Of a DNA stretch of 36,988 nucleotides, positions 7,296-16,595 are shown one piece after another. Positions within the stretch are counted from its first letter, which is position 1, and the number at the start of each line of letters is the position of its first letter. Origin of the DNA: a virus (lineage: Duplodnaviria > Caudoviricetes); the IMG/VR virus record IMGVR_UViG_3300037313_000101, positions 1-36,988 of that record; one strand, given 5' to 3'. The notes beneath the pieces were generated by a model. The model searched no databases. It was given only the letters and a program-made list of their open reading frames with translations, and was not told where the DNA came from. Both the position numbers and the translations under genes were made by a program.

Positions 7296-9380
7296 ATGGA
7301 CGAAGAGCAAAATAAATCGCCCTTAGCGGCTATGATTGAGTCAGTTAACCTTGCTGAACGAATCAACGAAGACGATCTCATCAAGATTGGACAAGATGCA
7401 AAGCAAGGTTATGAAATGGACTGTTCTTCTAGGGAAGAATGGTGTAAAGCTGTTGATGACTGGACAAAATTAGCTAAACAAACAGTAGAACAAAAAGTCT
7501 TTCCTTGGCCTAATGCCTCGAATGTAAAATACCCGCTGCTGTCTACCGCTGCTATGCAGTTCGCAGCTCGTGCCTATCCTAGCCTCTTACCTTCTGACGG
7601 TAAGGTTGTGAAGGCTAAGGCAACTGGAAAAGACCCTGATGGATCTAAAACCAAGATCGCTGAAGCTGTGTCCATTTATATGTCTTGGCAACTGATGGAC
7701 GAAATGCACGGATGGGAAGAAGAAATGGATCGCTTGTTGATTATGTTGCCCATTGTAGGCACGATCTTCAAGAAGACTTATTGGGATTCTATCAAACAAG
7801 TTAATTGCTCCAAGATGATTCTTCCTAAGCATCTAGTAGTTAACTACTGGGCTAAGAATCTCTGTGAAGCGGAGCGTATCTCTGAAGTCCTAGAGGTTAA
7901 TCCTAGAGTCCTTAAGGAACGCCAACAAGCTGGCCTATGGTTAGACATTGATCTCGGTGGTCCTACTATCGAAGAGGCAATGGAGTTTAGTGTTGATGAA
8001 AATAATCCTGCTGAACTGGATGACACTACTCCATACTTATTTATCGAACAACATACCTATCTTGATTTAGATAAGGATGGGTATAAAGAACCTTACATTG
8101 TAACTTTTCACAGACCTACTGGAAAGGTGTTCCGTATTGTAGCTCGTTATGATGACAAGACAAGTTACTACAATGATAAGGGTGATATAATTAAAATTGA
8201 GCCAATCCAATATTACACAAAATATGGATTTGTTCCTAACCCTGATGGTGGCTTTTACGACATTGGTTTTGGAGTTCTACTCGGACCTTTGAATGAGTCT
8301 GTCAATACTTTAATTAATCAGTTAATTGACTCTGGCACGTTAAACAACCTTCAAGGTGGATTCATCGGCAAGGGACTACGGCTACGTATGGGAGAAACCA
8401 AGTTTACTCCCGGAGAATGGAAAGCTGTTAATGGGACTGGTGACGATCTTAAAAAGCAAATTGTTCCGTTACCGTCCAAAGAGCCTAGTAATGTTCTATT
8501 TCAATTAATGGAAGCACTGATTACTTCTGGCAAGGAACTTGCGTCTGTTGCTGAAATTTTCGTTGGAAAGATGCCGGGGCAAAATACTCCTGCCACAACG
8601 ACAATGGCTAGTATTGAGCAGGGTATGAAAGTATTTACGGCTGTATATAAGCGTATTTACCGTGCTATGTCGGAAGAATTCCAGAAGTTATATCGCTTGA
8701 ACGGAATTTACCTTAATCCTCGTACTTACGTCGAAGTTGTTGGGATGGAAGTTAATCCTGAAGACTTCAATAATGAAGATCATAAGATATTTCCGGGAGC
8801 AGACCCTACTGCTGTTTCTCAAACAGAGAAACTTTTGAAGTGGCAAGGGTTGATGGAAATGCTTCAATCGGGAATGCCCCTTGATCCTGTTAAGGTAATG
8901 ATTCGTGGCTTGGAAGCTCAAGAACAACCTAATTGGCAAGAACTGATTCCTCCGCAAATTCTGCAAACCGGCCAAATGCCCCCGCCTCCGCCTGATCCCA
9001 AAGTGATGGCTCTGCAAATGAAGGCACAAATTGATGGTCAGAAAGCTCAAAGCGATATGCAGTTGCAAGCACAGCAAGTTGAGATGGATCGTCAGAGTCA
9101 GCAAGCAGAGTTGGCTATGAAACAACAAGAACATGATATGGAAATGCAGCACAAGCAACAAGATATAGCTTTGGATGCTGCTAATTCTATTATGACTCAA
9201 AGGGCAAAGATTGCCCAAGAGAAGATGAAAGTACATCAACAAGCTCAGCAAGGTCAACAAGCCTTGCAACATGCTGAGCAAGCGCATCAGCAGAATTTAC
9301 AACATACTGCTGAGCAGAGTAAAGCCAAAGCCGAGGCTACTAGGAAATCGGCCAATTCTAAAGGAGCTAATAAGAAGTGA
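7296..9380 (+). CDS. portal protein with Q-rich C-terminal coiled coil
   Basis: Follows terL; PWPNASNVKYPLL motif; helical C-terminus like the P22 portal barrel. Confidence 0.9.
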   Translation: MDEEQNKSPLAAMIESVNLAERINEDDLIKIGQDAKQGYEMDCSSREEWCKAVDDWTKLAKQTVEQKVFPWPNASNVKYPLLSTAAMQFAARAYPSLLPSDGKVVKAKATGKDPDGSKTKIAEAVSIYMSWQLMDEMHGWEEEMDRLLIMLPIVGTIFKKTYWDSIKQVNCSKMILPKHLVVNYWAKNLCEAERISEVLEVNPRVLKERQQAGLWLDIDLGGPTIEEAMEFSVDENNPAELDDTTPYLFIEQHTYLDLDKDGYKEPYIVTFHRPTGKVFRIVARYDDKTSYYNDKGDIIKIEPIQYYTKYGFVPNPDGGFYDIGFGVLLGPLNESVNTLINQLIDSGTLNNLQGGFIGKGLRLRMGETKFTPGEWKAVNGTGDDLKKQIVPLPSKEPSNVLFQLMEALITSGKELASVAEIFVGKMPGQNTPATTTMASIEQGMKVFTAVYKRIYRAMSEEFQKLYRLNGIYLNPRTYVEVVGMEVNPEDFNNEDHKIFPGADPTAVSQTEKLLKWQGLMEMLQSGMPLDPVKVMIRGLEAQEQPNWQELIPPQILQTGQMPPPPPDPKVMALQMKAQIDGQKAQSDMQLQAQQVEMDRQSQQAELAMKQQEHDMEMQHKQQDIALDAANSIMTQRAKIAQEKMKVHQQAQQGQQALQHAEQAHQQNLQHTAEQSKAKAEATRKSANSKGANKK

Positions 9381-9571
9381 CTTTAAGTGAATGGAAGAGT
9401 ATGGCTATTACACAAGAGTATATGGCCGAACTAAAACGTAGGAGTGATGAGCAAACGGAAGCTCTTGTTGGTAGTGCAGGACATAATCCGATTCTCGACT
9501 CTTACCGCAGCGGAGTAATCGCTGCATACAAAGATGCAGTGGATTTCCACTTTGAGGAGGACTCAGCTTGA
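9377..9571 (+). CDS. small head-morphogenesis region protein
   Basis: GTG start overlapping the portal stop; operon packing. Confidence 0.7.
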   Translation: MTLSEWKSMAITQEYMAELKRRSDEQTEALVGSAGHNPILDSYRSGVIAAYKDAVDFHFEEDSA

Positions 9572-9933
9572 TCGAAGTTATTTTACACAGAGTTCTAGTT
9601 GAACGGGATATTCCCGAAGATACAGATGCTGTTATCACACAGAAGGAAATGAAGCGTCTTGGCTTGTTAACTGCTCCGACAGTGGAGAAAGAGTTAGAAA
9701 AGAAAGCCTTGCGTGAAAATGCTTCTATGGATAAAGGCCACGTGGTTTCTATTGGACCCACGGCCTTCAAAGATTATGGGATCGAGTGCCCTATCAAAGT
9801 AGGAGATTATATCTCTTATGCAAAGTTCGGTGGTAAAGACATCACTGATCCTGAAACTGAAAAGACATTTGTTGCGATAAACGATGAAGATGTTATTGCA
9901 ATTCTTAGTAGAAAGGAGCCTTTAGATGGCTGA
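9568..9933 (+). CDS. groES: GroES/Cpn10-like co-chaperonin
   Basis: HRVLVER...GHVVSIG...IKVGDYISYAKFGG...INDEDVIAIL; GAGGAG RBS, TTG start. Confidence 0.85.
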   Translation: MIEVILHRVLVERDIPEDTDAVITQKEMKRLGLLTAPTVEKELEKKALRENASMDKGHVVSIGPTAFKDYGIECPIKVGDYISYAKFGGKDITDPETEKTFVAINDEDVIAILSRKEPLDG

Positions 9934-10732
9934 AAATACGGAAGACCTTGGTAATACTCCTGAACCTCAGGAAGAAGTAAGTACAAATAACGAACCTGAA
10001 TATAGTGACGTTGAAAAACGTGCTATGGAGCAAGGTTGGGTTCCCAAAGAACAATATAGTGGAACTGGTAAGTGGCGTGATGCTGAAGAGTTTCTTGATC
10101 GTGGTGAGTTGTTTTCCAAAATCGACGATCTCAATCGTAAGAATCGATCTCTAGAGACTACCGTTCATGAAGTCAAACGTCACTATAAGAAGATTGCTGA
10201 AGCAGAATACAACCGTGCCTTGCGTGAACTGCGTGCTCAGAAAAAGGATGCTTTAGATATTGGCGACTCTGAGCGAGTTGTTCAAATTGATGAAGCAATT
10301 CAAAATACTAAGGTTCAGCAAGCCCAAGAACTGCGACAGCTTGATGCTACTCCGCAAATGCCTCCGGCTGAAAATCCTGTATTTATGGTTTGGCAAAACC
10401 GGAATCCTTGGTATTCCCAAGATCGTGCTATGAAAGTCTTTGCTGATACGTTAGGCGAAGAACTTGTTGTTAAGCATGGAATGCATGATCCTAAAGAAGT
10501 TCTTGCTGAGATTGAACGGCAAGTGAAAAAAGAATTTAGCCACAAATTTAACAATCCTAATCGTAATAAACCTGGGGCTGTTGAAGGTGGTGGTAAGTCT
10601 GGTGGTGGTAAGTCTAATGAGGCTTTCCAACTTACCGCTGAGGAGACTCAGGTTATGAACAAATTCGTGAAAAACAAGGTGATGACTAAAGAAGAGTACA
10701 TTGCTGAAATTAAAGCGAGTAGAGGAGTTTAA
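9926..10732 (+). CDS. capsid scaffolding protein
   Basis: Acidic coiled coil between portal and capsid; C-terminal LTAEE...MTKEEY motif. Confidence 0.75.
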   Translation: MAENTEDLGNTPEPQEEVSTNNEPEYSDVEKRAMEQGWVPKEQYSGTGKWRDAEEFLDRGELFSKIDDLNRKNRSLETTVHEVKRHYKKIAEAEYNRALRELRAQKKDALDIGDSERVVQIDEAIQNTKVQQAQELRQLDATPQMPPAENPVFMVWQNRNPWYSQDRAMKVFADTLGEELVVKHGMHDPKEVLAEIERQVKKEFSHKFNNPNRNKPGAVEGGGKSGGGKSNEAFQLTAEETQVMNKFVKNKVMTKEEYIAEIKASRGV

Positions 10733-10734
10733 TT

Positions 10735-11139
10735 ATGACTACCGAAAAATTAGGAAAAGCGCCAGAGCGCAGAGTTCGTCGGACACCTGTAACTGGGCGT
10801 AACCGATTGAGCGTTCGAGGGAAAGACCCGGACTTCGTTTATCGAATTGTCAATGACACGGAAGACCGTGTGCAAACTCTCCAAGAAGCCGGTTACGTCT
10901 TCGAGGAAAGTAATGAGGTTGTACTTGGTGGAGAACGTGTTGACGATACTTCTAGTTTAGGTAGAGTCAAGCATGTTTCTGTCGGTGGCGGGGTCAAAGC
11001 CGTTCTTATGAAACAACGTAAGGACTGGTACGAAGAAGACCAAGCTGCGAAACAGGAATATGTTAAAAAGACGGAGGATGCCATGCGACCTGATCCTAAT
11101 GATGGTGGTTATGGAAAGGTGGGGATTACCCGCCGTTAA
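10735..11139 (+). CDS. head-region protein, function unknown
   Basis: AGGAG RBS; YRIVND...GY...LMK motif; gene order. Confidence 0.75.
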   Translation: MTTEKLGKAPERRVRRTPVTGRNRLSVRGKDPDFVYRIVNDTEDRVQTLQEAGYVFEESNEVVLGGERVDDTSSLGRVKHVSVGGGVKAVLMKQRKDWYEEDQAAKQEYVKKTEDAMRPDPNDGGYGKVGITRR

Positions 11140-11191
11140 TTCTTCTACCCATTAGGATTGTCTATTTACACTTTTAAATGGAGAATTGCTA

Positions 11192-11815
11192 ATGGCAAGT
11201 GTATCTCGTATTAACGGCTTTAAACCCGTTAAACACATTAATGGCTCTCCGTGGAACGGCCAAGCAAATCTATACTTTGCGGCATCTGGTAACTCTGATG
11301 TGATTATGGTCGGTGACGCTGTGAAACTTGCGGGTGATGCCCGTAATCCTTCCGGTGCTCCCACGGTTGCTCGTTGTGGTGCTACAGATGTTCCGGTCGG
11401 TGTTGTGGTTGGTATCCTGTTTACAGGCGTTGGTGACTCTCAAAACGTCCCTCCGGTTACCGCTCTCGATACTCCGGTTTATCGTGCAGCTTCCACTAAT
11501 CGTTATCTTTTGGTCTGCGATGATCCTACAGTGGTCTATGAAACGCAGTATGCTGGCACTTCTGTTGCCGCCGCCACTATTACCGCTAACGTCGGTCTGA
11601 ACGGTCAGTTTGTTACAACTGCTGGTTCTACGACTACTGGTTCTTCTGGTATGCAGCTTGATAGTTCTGGTTTAGCCACGACAGCTACGCTTCCTTTGAA
11701 GATTGTTGGCTTCCCGAATCGTCCCGATAACGTCCCCGGTGACACCTATTTCTCTTACTACGTTAAGCTGAATGGTGCTCAGATGAGCGACGGTACTGGC
11801 ACGGCCGGTGTTTAA
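11192..11815 (+). CDS. putative capsid decoration/cement protein
   Basis: Beta-rich G/A/T/V protein directly before the major capsid gene; GGAG RBS. Confidence 0.65.
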   Translation: MASVSRINGFKPVKHINGSPWNGQANLYFAASGNSDVIMVGDAVKLAGDARNPSGAPTVARCGATDVPVGVVVGILFTGVGDSQNVPPVTALDTPVYRAASTNRYLLVCDDPTVVYETQYAGTSVAAATITANVGLNGQFVTTAGSTTTGSSGMQLDSSGLATTATLPLKIVGFPNRPDNVPGDTYFSYYVKLNGAQMSDGTGTAGV

Positions 11816-11834
11816 TCTATAAAGGAGAAATTAA

Positions 11835-12746
11835 ATGGCTGCTGGTATTATTACTTCTGGTAGTTTTCCCAAAGCACTATGGCCTGGTGTCAAAAAGTGG
11901 TATGGGATGGCTTATGAAGATTATCCCGTACAATATGACAAACTCTTTGACAAGAGTACATCTGACCGTGCATGGGAAGAAATCGTTGGTACGTCTGGTT
12001 TAGGTCTTGCGGTAGTTAAGTCTGAGGGTGCTCCGGTCACTTATGATTCGGAACAGCAAGGCTTCACTTCGCGCTTCCAGCACGTTAACTACGCTCTTGG
12101 TTTTATTATCACTCAGGAAATGATGGATGATGACCAATACATGATCGTGGGTGAACGTCGCTCGAAGGGTCTTGCGCGTGGTATGCGTCAGACGAAGGAA
12201 ATCAATGGCGCTAACGTGTACAACCGTGCTTTTAACACTTCCTATACAGGTGGTGATGGTAAGGCGATGATTGTTTCGGATCACCCGAACGTAGCTGGTG
12301 GCACTTGGTCCAACGTGATCGGTACTGCGGCTGACCTTTCGGAAGCCTCTCTGGAACAAGCGGTTATTGATATTCAAGGTTTCACGGATGATCGCGGTCT
12401 TCTGATTGCGGTGACTCCTAAGAGCCTGATTATCCCGCGTCAGTTGACTTTTGAAGCTCAGCGTATCCTTAAGGCTGATGGTCGTGTTGGCACTGACAAC
12501 AACGATCCGAACGTGCTGAAAATGCTCGGCTCTATTCCTGAAGTGGTGGTTAACCAATTCCTTACAGATTCGGATGCTTGGTTCATTCGTACTTCTGTGG
12601 AAGGTCTGCACTACTTTGAGCGTAAGGCTGATTCGTTTGCGCAAGATAATGACTTCGATACTGAGAATGCTAAGTTCAAAGCGTCCGGTCGTTATTCGTT
12701 TGGTTGGTCTGATCCGCGTTCCGTGTACGGTAGCGCGGGTGCCTAA
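11835..12746 (+). CDS. major capsid protein (HK97 fold, Mu gpT-like)
   Basis: Size and position, strong codon bias; KALWPG, KSEG, FLTDSDAWF, RYSFGWSDPR motifs. Confidence 0.92.
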   Translation: MAAGIITSGSFPKALWPGVKKWYGMAYEDYPVQYDKLFDKSTSDRAWEEIVGTSGLGLAVVKSEGAPVTYDSEQQGFTSRFQHVNYALGFIITQEMMDDDQYMIVGERRSKGLARGMRQTKEINGANVYNRAFNTSYTGGDGKAMIVSDHPNVAGGTWSNVIGTAADLSEASLEQAVIDIQGFTDDRGLLIAVTPKSLIIPRQLTFEAQRILKADGRVGTDNNDPNVLKMLGSIPEVVVNQFLTDSDAWFIRTSVEGLHYFERKADSFAQDNDFDTENAKFKASGRYSFGWSDPRSVYGSAGA

Positions 12747-12759
12747 CTATAGGTAATTA

Positions 12760-13128
12760 ATGATTGTAGGTTCTGCTAAAGAAGCCCGTAAAACTAAAGA
12801 CGGATGGGCTAAGTATATGCGAGAGTATAGAAAAGCCCGTCCTGATGTTATGCGGAAAATTGACATCAAGAAAAAGTTTGGATTAGAGTACGATGAGTAT
12901 TTGAAACTACTTGAGTCCCAAAATAACATTTGTGCTATTTGTAAACAACCAGAGACTAAGTTAGATTATCGGACTGGTAATGTATTAAATCTTTCTATAG
13001 ATCATTGTCATGCATCTGGAAAGATTAGAGGTCTTTTGTGTATGGACTGCAATAGGGCAATTGGTATGCTTAACGATGATGTATCAATTTTAGAATCTGC
13101 AATTTCCTATTTAAAGAAAGGAAATTGA
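12760..13128 (+). CDS. endonuclease VII-like HNH nuclease
   Basis: QNNICAICK...LSIDHCH..GKIRGLLC..CNRAIG. Confidence 0.9.
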   Translation: MIVGSAKEARKTKDGWAKYMREYRKARPDVMRKIDIKKKFGLEYDEYLKLLESQNNICAICKQPETKLDYRTGNVLNLSIDHCHASGKIRGLLCMDCNRAIGMLNDDVSILESAISYLKKGN

Positions 13129-13131
13129 CCT

Positions 13132-13554
13132 ATGGGTATTCTAGTTATCAATACACCTGCTGCGAGCGTCACTTCAACAGTTCCTGTTGCAAAAGATGTT
13201 CAAGCAAAGGTGTTTCAAGTTGCACGATCTGAAACTTCTTCTGTTGTTAAACTAATCCTTCCTGCGGATGCTACTATCCTTAGTGTTGTTCGAGAAGGAA
13301 GCACAGCATCAGATGCTGCTACTACTGCTACAGTAACTATTACAGTTGCCAACAATGGTGGTACAGTTAGTTCTAAAGCAGACGACGTTAAAGGTAGCGG
13401 AGCAACAACTGGCTTTGTAACTATGTCGAGTTTGCCTAACGCAGAACCTCGACCGCTGAATGGAGATTTAACCGTTTCAGCTATTTATGCCGAGACTGGC
13501 ACAGCTTCTACAACTGGCGGTCCTTGGAATTACGTAGTCAATTACGTGCGATAA
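13132..13554 (+). CDS. virion structural protein (beta-rich)
   Basis: T/S/V-rich; ends just before the capsid-operon terminator. Confidence 0.65.
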   Translation: MGILVINTPAASVTSTVPVAKDVQAKVFQVARSETSSVVKLILPADATILSVVREGSTASDAATTATVTITVANNGGTVSSKADDVKGSGATTGFVTMSSLPNAEPRPLNGDLTVSAIYAETGTASTTGGPWNYVVNYVR

Positions 13555-13556
13555 AC

Positions 13557-13587
13557 AAAGGGCCTCTTCGCAGGCCCTTTTCTTTTT
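13557..13587 (+). terminator. intrinsic terminator after the capsid module
   Basis: AAAGGGCCT-CTTCGC-AGGCCCTTT plus T run. Confidence 0.85.
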
Positions 13588-13598
13588 AAGGAAAATAA

Positions 13599-14669
13599 AT
13601 GCAAACTAACATTGCAAAACTTAACACAGATCGTACCAAGGTTCAGGAAGTATACGCTACTGCTAACGGCGAACTTGTAGTTACAGCCACAGCCACTGGA
13701 GCCTCTGCTATTCCAGTTCAAGGGGCAGATTCTGCTGGATCAAACGCAACAGCTAATCCCGTTCAAGTTGGTGGTGTAAATCCTACTGGTAAATCTACTC
13801 CGTTTAACACCGATGCTAATGGGAATTTGCAGGCGGTTGGTAACGTGGCTTCCGCCGCCACCGACAGTGGTAATCCGGTAAAGGTCGGGGGCAAATATAA
13901 TTCTACTCGTCCAACATTAACTGATGGTCAGCGAGGTGATTTTCAACAAGGTACACGAGGATCACTTGCTGTTCAATTAATGGCCCCGGATTCTGCTTCC
14001 AATATTACAGCAACTACGCCTTCTACAGATGGTAATTCAACTGGCGCAATCGCCTTGTCCGCCATTAATTATCCTTTAGTTTTTAATGGAACAAGTTGGG
14101 ACCGCGCGCCTGGTAACACATCTGGTACATTTGTGCAAGGTAAGACTGCCGATGGCGCAGCTCAAACCGCTAACTCTGTTTCTATTGCTGGTAAGGATGG
14201 CTCTGGAAATGTGCAAACCCCGCTTGCTGCTGCCGGTGTTACGGATGCAGTATCAAATGCGGTTGCTTTGCTTTACACCCGAGCATTCGATTCTGTTTTT
14301 AATGGGTCCACTTGGGATCGTTCAGTTAAATCCAACCTTACAGCTAGACTCTTAACCTCTGCTGCAACTACAAACTCAACTCTTGTTAAAAATGCAGCCG
14401 GTAATCTACATAAGATCACGTTAAACGTGGCAGTAGCTGGTAAGTTTTTAAAAATCTATAACAAAGCTAGCGCCCCCACAATTGGGACTGACACACCTGT
14501 TATGACTATCCCGCTTCCTACAACTGGATTAGTTCAGTTGGATTTTGGTGCGAACGGACATTACTTCAGTGCAGGTATTGGGTTTGGTCTTACAGGAGCG
14601 ATTGCTGATGCAGATACAACAGCCGTGGCTTCGGGAGATATTACAGGCATTAACGTCATATATAGCTAA
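13599..14669 (+). CDS. fibre-like virion protein with internal repeats
   Basis: G/A/T/S/N-rich; NPVxVGG and VFNGxxWDR repeats; beta-rich C-terminus. Confidence 0.65.
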   Translation: MQTNIAKLNTDRTKVQEVYATANGELVVTATATGASAIPVQGADSAGSNATANPVQVGGVNPTGKSTPFNTDANGNLQAVGNVASAATDSGNPVKVGGKYNSTRPTLTDGQRGDFQQGTRGSLAVQLMAPDSASNITATTPSTDGNSTGAIALSAINYPLVFNGTSWDRAPGNTSGTFVQGKTADGAAQTANSVSIAGKDGSGNVQTPLAAAGVTDAVSNAVALLYTRAFDSVFNGSTWDRSVKSNLTARLLTSAATTNSTLVKNAAGNLHKITLNVAVAGKFLKIYNKASAPTIGTDTPVMTIPLPTTGLVQLDFGANGHYFSAGIGFGLTGAIADADTTAVASGDITGINVIYS

Positions 14670-14671
14670 TC

Positions 14672-15445
14672 ATGTCGAAAGCCATTAAGAATACTATTTC
14701 TGCTAATGGAATTACTATAGCTTCTACTGATTACACAGCAGGAGCTATTACTTCTTTGATTTGGAATAGACAACAGTTCATTAATGCATATGACCATGGT
14801 AGAGAATTACAAAGTGCAGTATCTTTTGACAATCTAGGCGAGGCATTCAATCCTACAGAAGCAGGTAGTTATCTCGATGGTAATTGTCCTAATAACAGCA
14901 CTAGTGTGCTTCTATCGTCTTCTGTAGGAACTGGTGTTATGCAGACTAGAACTCAGATGGCATTCTGGAATCCGGTGAATGGAGTTGCTTTAAGCGATCA
15001 TATTGTAGATAAAACTACTAGGATCGGTTACAAAGGATTGACAAATGTAATTCAGCATACAATTACATTTACCATTCCAGCAAATGAAACACATTCTATT
15101 GGACAGTTTGAAGTCTTAACTGGCTACATGCCATCTAGTTTCTCAAGGTTTAATACTTTAAATTTATCGACTGGACAACTTAGTTCTTTGTCAGATGGTC
15201 CGGGAGAACAATCCGATCCAATTATTTTCACTGATAATAGAGGTAAGTTTGCTATGGGTTGCTACAGTCCGACTACGCTAACTAATGGTGGTTATGGCAG
15301 GTGGCGTTTCCAAGCAGACAACTGTGTGAAGTGGAATATGGTTAGCCGAATAAATAATCCTAGTGGTTCATATACGTTTACTGTTTATACGATTGTTGGA
15401 ACTCTAGCGAGTGTAATCGCTTCTATGAAAGCATTAGCATTATGA
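14672..15445 (+). CDS. beta-sandwich protein, possible receptor/carbohydrate binding
   Basis: Aromatic- and beta-rich 257 aa next to the fibre-like gene; function inferred. Confidence 0.55.
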   Translation: MSKAIKNTISANGITIASTDYTAGAITSLIWNRQQFINAYDHGRELQSAVSFDNLGEAFNPTEAGSYLDGNCPNNSTSVLLSSSVGTGVMQTRTQMAFWNPVNGVALSDHIVDKTTRIGYKGLTNVIQHTITFTIPANETHSIGQFEVLTGYMPSSFSRFNTLNLSTGQLSSLSDGPGEQSDPIIFTDNRGKFAMGCYSPTTLTNGGYGRWRFQADNCVKWNMVSRINNPSGSYTFTVYTIVGTLASVIASMKALAL

Positions 15446-15705
15446 CACATACTTATAAACCTGGAAGCTGGAATGCTATTTGTGATTTATGTGGATTTAA
15501 GTTTAAGTCAGATCAACTGCGTAAACGATGGGATGGTTTAATGGCGTGTGAGGCTGATTGGGAAATGCGTAATCCACAGGAGTTTATTAAAGTTCCTAAG
15601 GATAACCCATCAACACCTTGGCAACGTCCAGAAGCTACTGATACATTTGTTTCAGTTACTTTTAGACCCATCAACTCAACCACTAAAGATGTGACTCCAC
15701 CGTAA
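15442..15705 (+). CDS. small CxxC morphogenesis-region protein
   Basis: WNAICDLCGFKF...WDGLMAC...RPE. Confidence 0.7.
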   Translation: MTHTYKPGSWNAICDLCGFKFKSDQLRKRWDGLMACEADWEMRNPQEFIKVPKDNPSTPWQRPEATDTFVSVTFRPINSTTKDVTPP

Positions 15706-15713
15706 GGATAATT

Positions 15714-15884
15714 ATGCAACATTTTAAAGATTTTTTTGATGGGGTAGCAATTAGTGTCGGTGCCGCTGCACTTCTTCAAATTATTCCTGTGGTAACAGGA
15801 ATATTAACAATTGTTTGGCTTATATATCGAATTAAGGATATGAGGCTTGCAGTTAAATTAAAAGAAAAGCAACTAGGAGAATAA
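15714..15884 (+). CDS. 56-aa holin-like membrane protein (not in ORF track)
   Basis: AAGGA RBS; MQHFKDFFDGVAISVGAAALLQIIPVVTGILTIVWLIYRIKDMRLAVKLKEKQLGE; hydrophobic core, basic tail. Confidence 0.65.
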   Translation: MQHFKDFFDGVAISVGAAALLQIIPVVTGILTIVWLIYRIKDMRLAVKLKEKQLGE

Positions 15885-15887
15885 GCG

Positions 15888-16595
15888 ATGTCAACTAGCG
15901 GTAGTTATGATTGGAAGCTAAATCGAAATCAAGTTATTACAGCCGCTCTTCGTAAGTTGGCCGTACTTCCTTCCGGTGGAACTGCTTCCACTGCGCAGAT
16001 TAATGATGGAGTGGATTCTCTTAATGCTATCTTAAAGGCATTTCATGCTGATGGTATGCCTTTGTGGGTCATTACGTCTAAAACCTTTACTGTAACTTCG
16101 GGGACTAACACTTATACTATTGGTATAAGTCAGACCGTTAACGCCCCTCAACCTCTTAAGTTGATACAGGCATTCTATACTCCTTCTGGATCATCGTCTG
16201 TTCCTATGAATATTTATACAGGATATGACTACCATGTGCTTCCTGACTCTGGAGCTAATGGTCTTCCTGTTAATATTTATTACCAGCCGTTAATGGATAC
16301 TGGTACAATTAAATTGTGGCCTACTCCTAACGATAGTACAACAACTGTAACTGTGTACTATCAACGTCCCTTTCAAGATATGGATAATTCCACTGATGAT
16401 TTGGATTTTCCTAATTATTGGACACAAGCAATTATCTATAACTTAGCATGGGCTTTGGCTCCTGAGTATGGCATTCCTCCTACAGACCGTAGCATTTTGA
16501 TGAAGGAAGCTGTTTATTGGAAAGAATACGCCCTTAGCTTTGGAACAGAGGAAGGTGGTCTTTTTCTTCAACCCGATTGGAATGGTAAACAATAA
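15888..16595 (+). CDS. head-tail adaptor / tail tubular protein (P22 gp4 / T7 gp11 equivalent)
   Basis: ITAALRKL...LWPTP...FPNYWTQAIIYNLAWALAPEYG. Confidence 0.8.
   Translation: MSTSGSYDWKLNRNQVITAALRKLAVLPSGGTASTAQINDGVDSLNAILKAFHADGMPLWVITSKTFTVTSGTNTYTIGISQTVNAPQPLKLIQAFYTPSGSSSVPMNIYTGYDYHVLPDSGANGLPVNIYYQPLMDTGTIKLWPTPNDSTTTVTVYYQRPFQDMDNSTDDLDFPNYWTQAIIYNLAWALAPEYGIPPTDRSILMKEAVYWKEYALSFGTEEGGLFLQPDWNGKQ

Noticed and set aside
12000-12644. 214-aa antisense ORF in the capsid gene (also 8688..9287 and similar)
   Set aside because: Shadow of strong codon bias on the sense strand; no motifs recognised
15803-15816. Partial eighth copy of the palindrome (ATTAACAATTGTTT)
   Set aside because: Right arm is broken and it lies inside a coding sequence; may be chance
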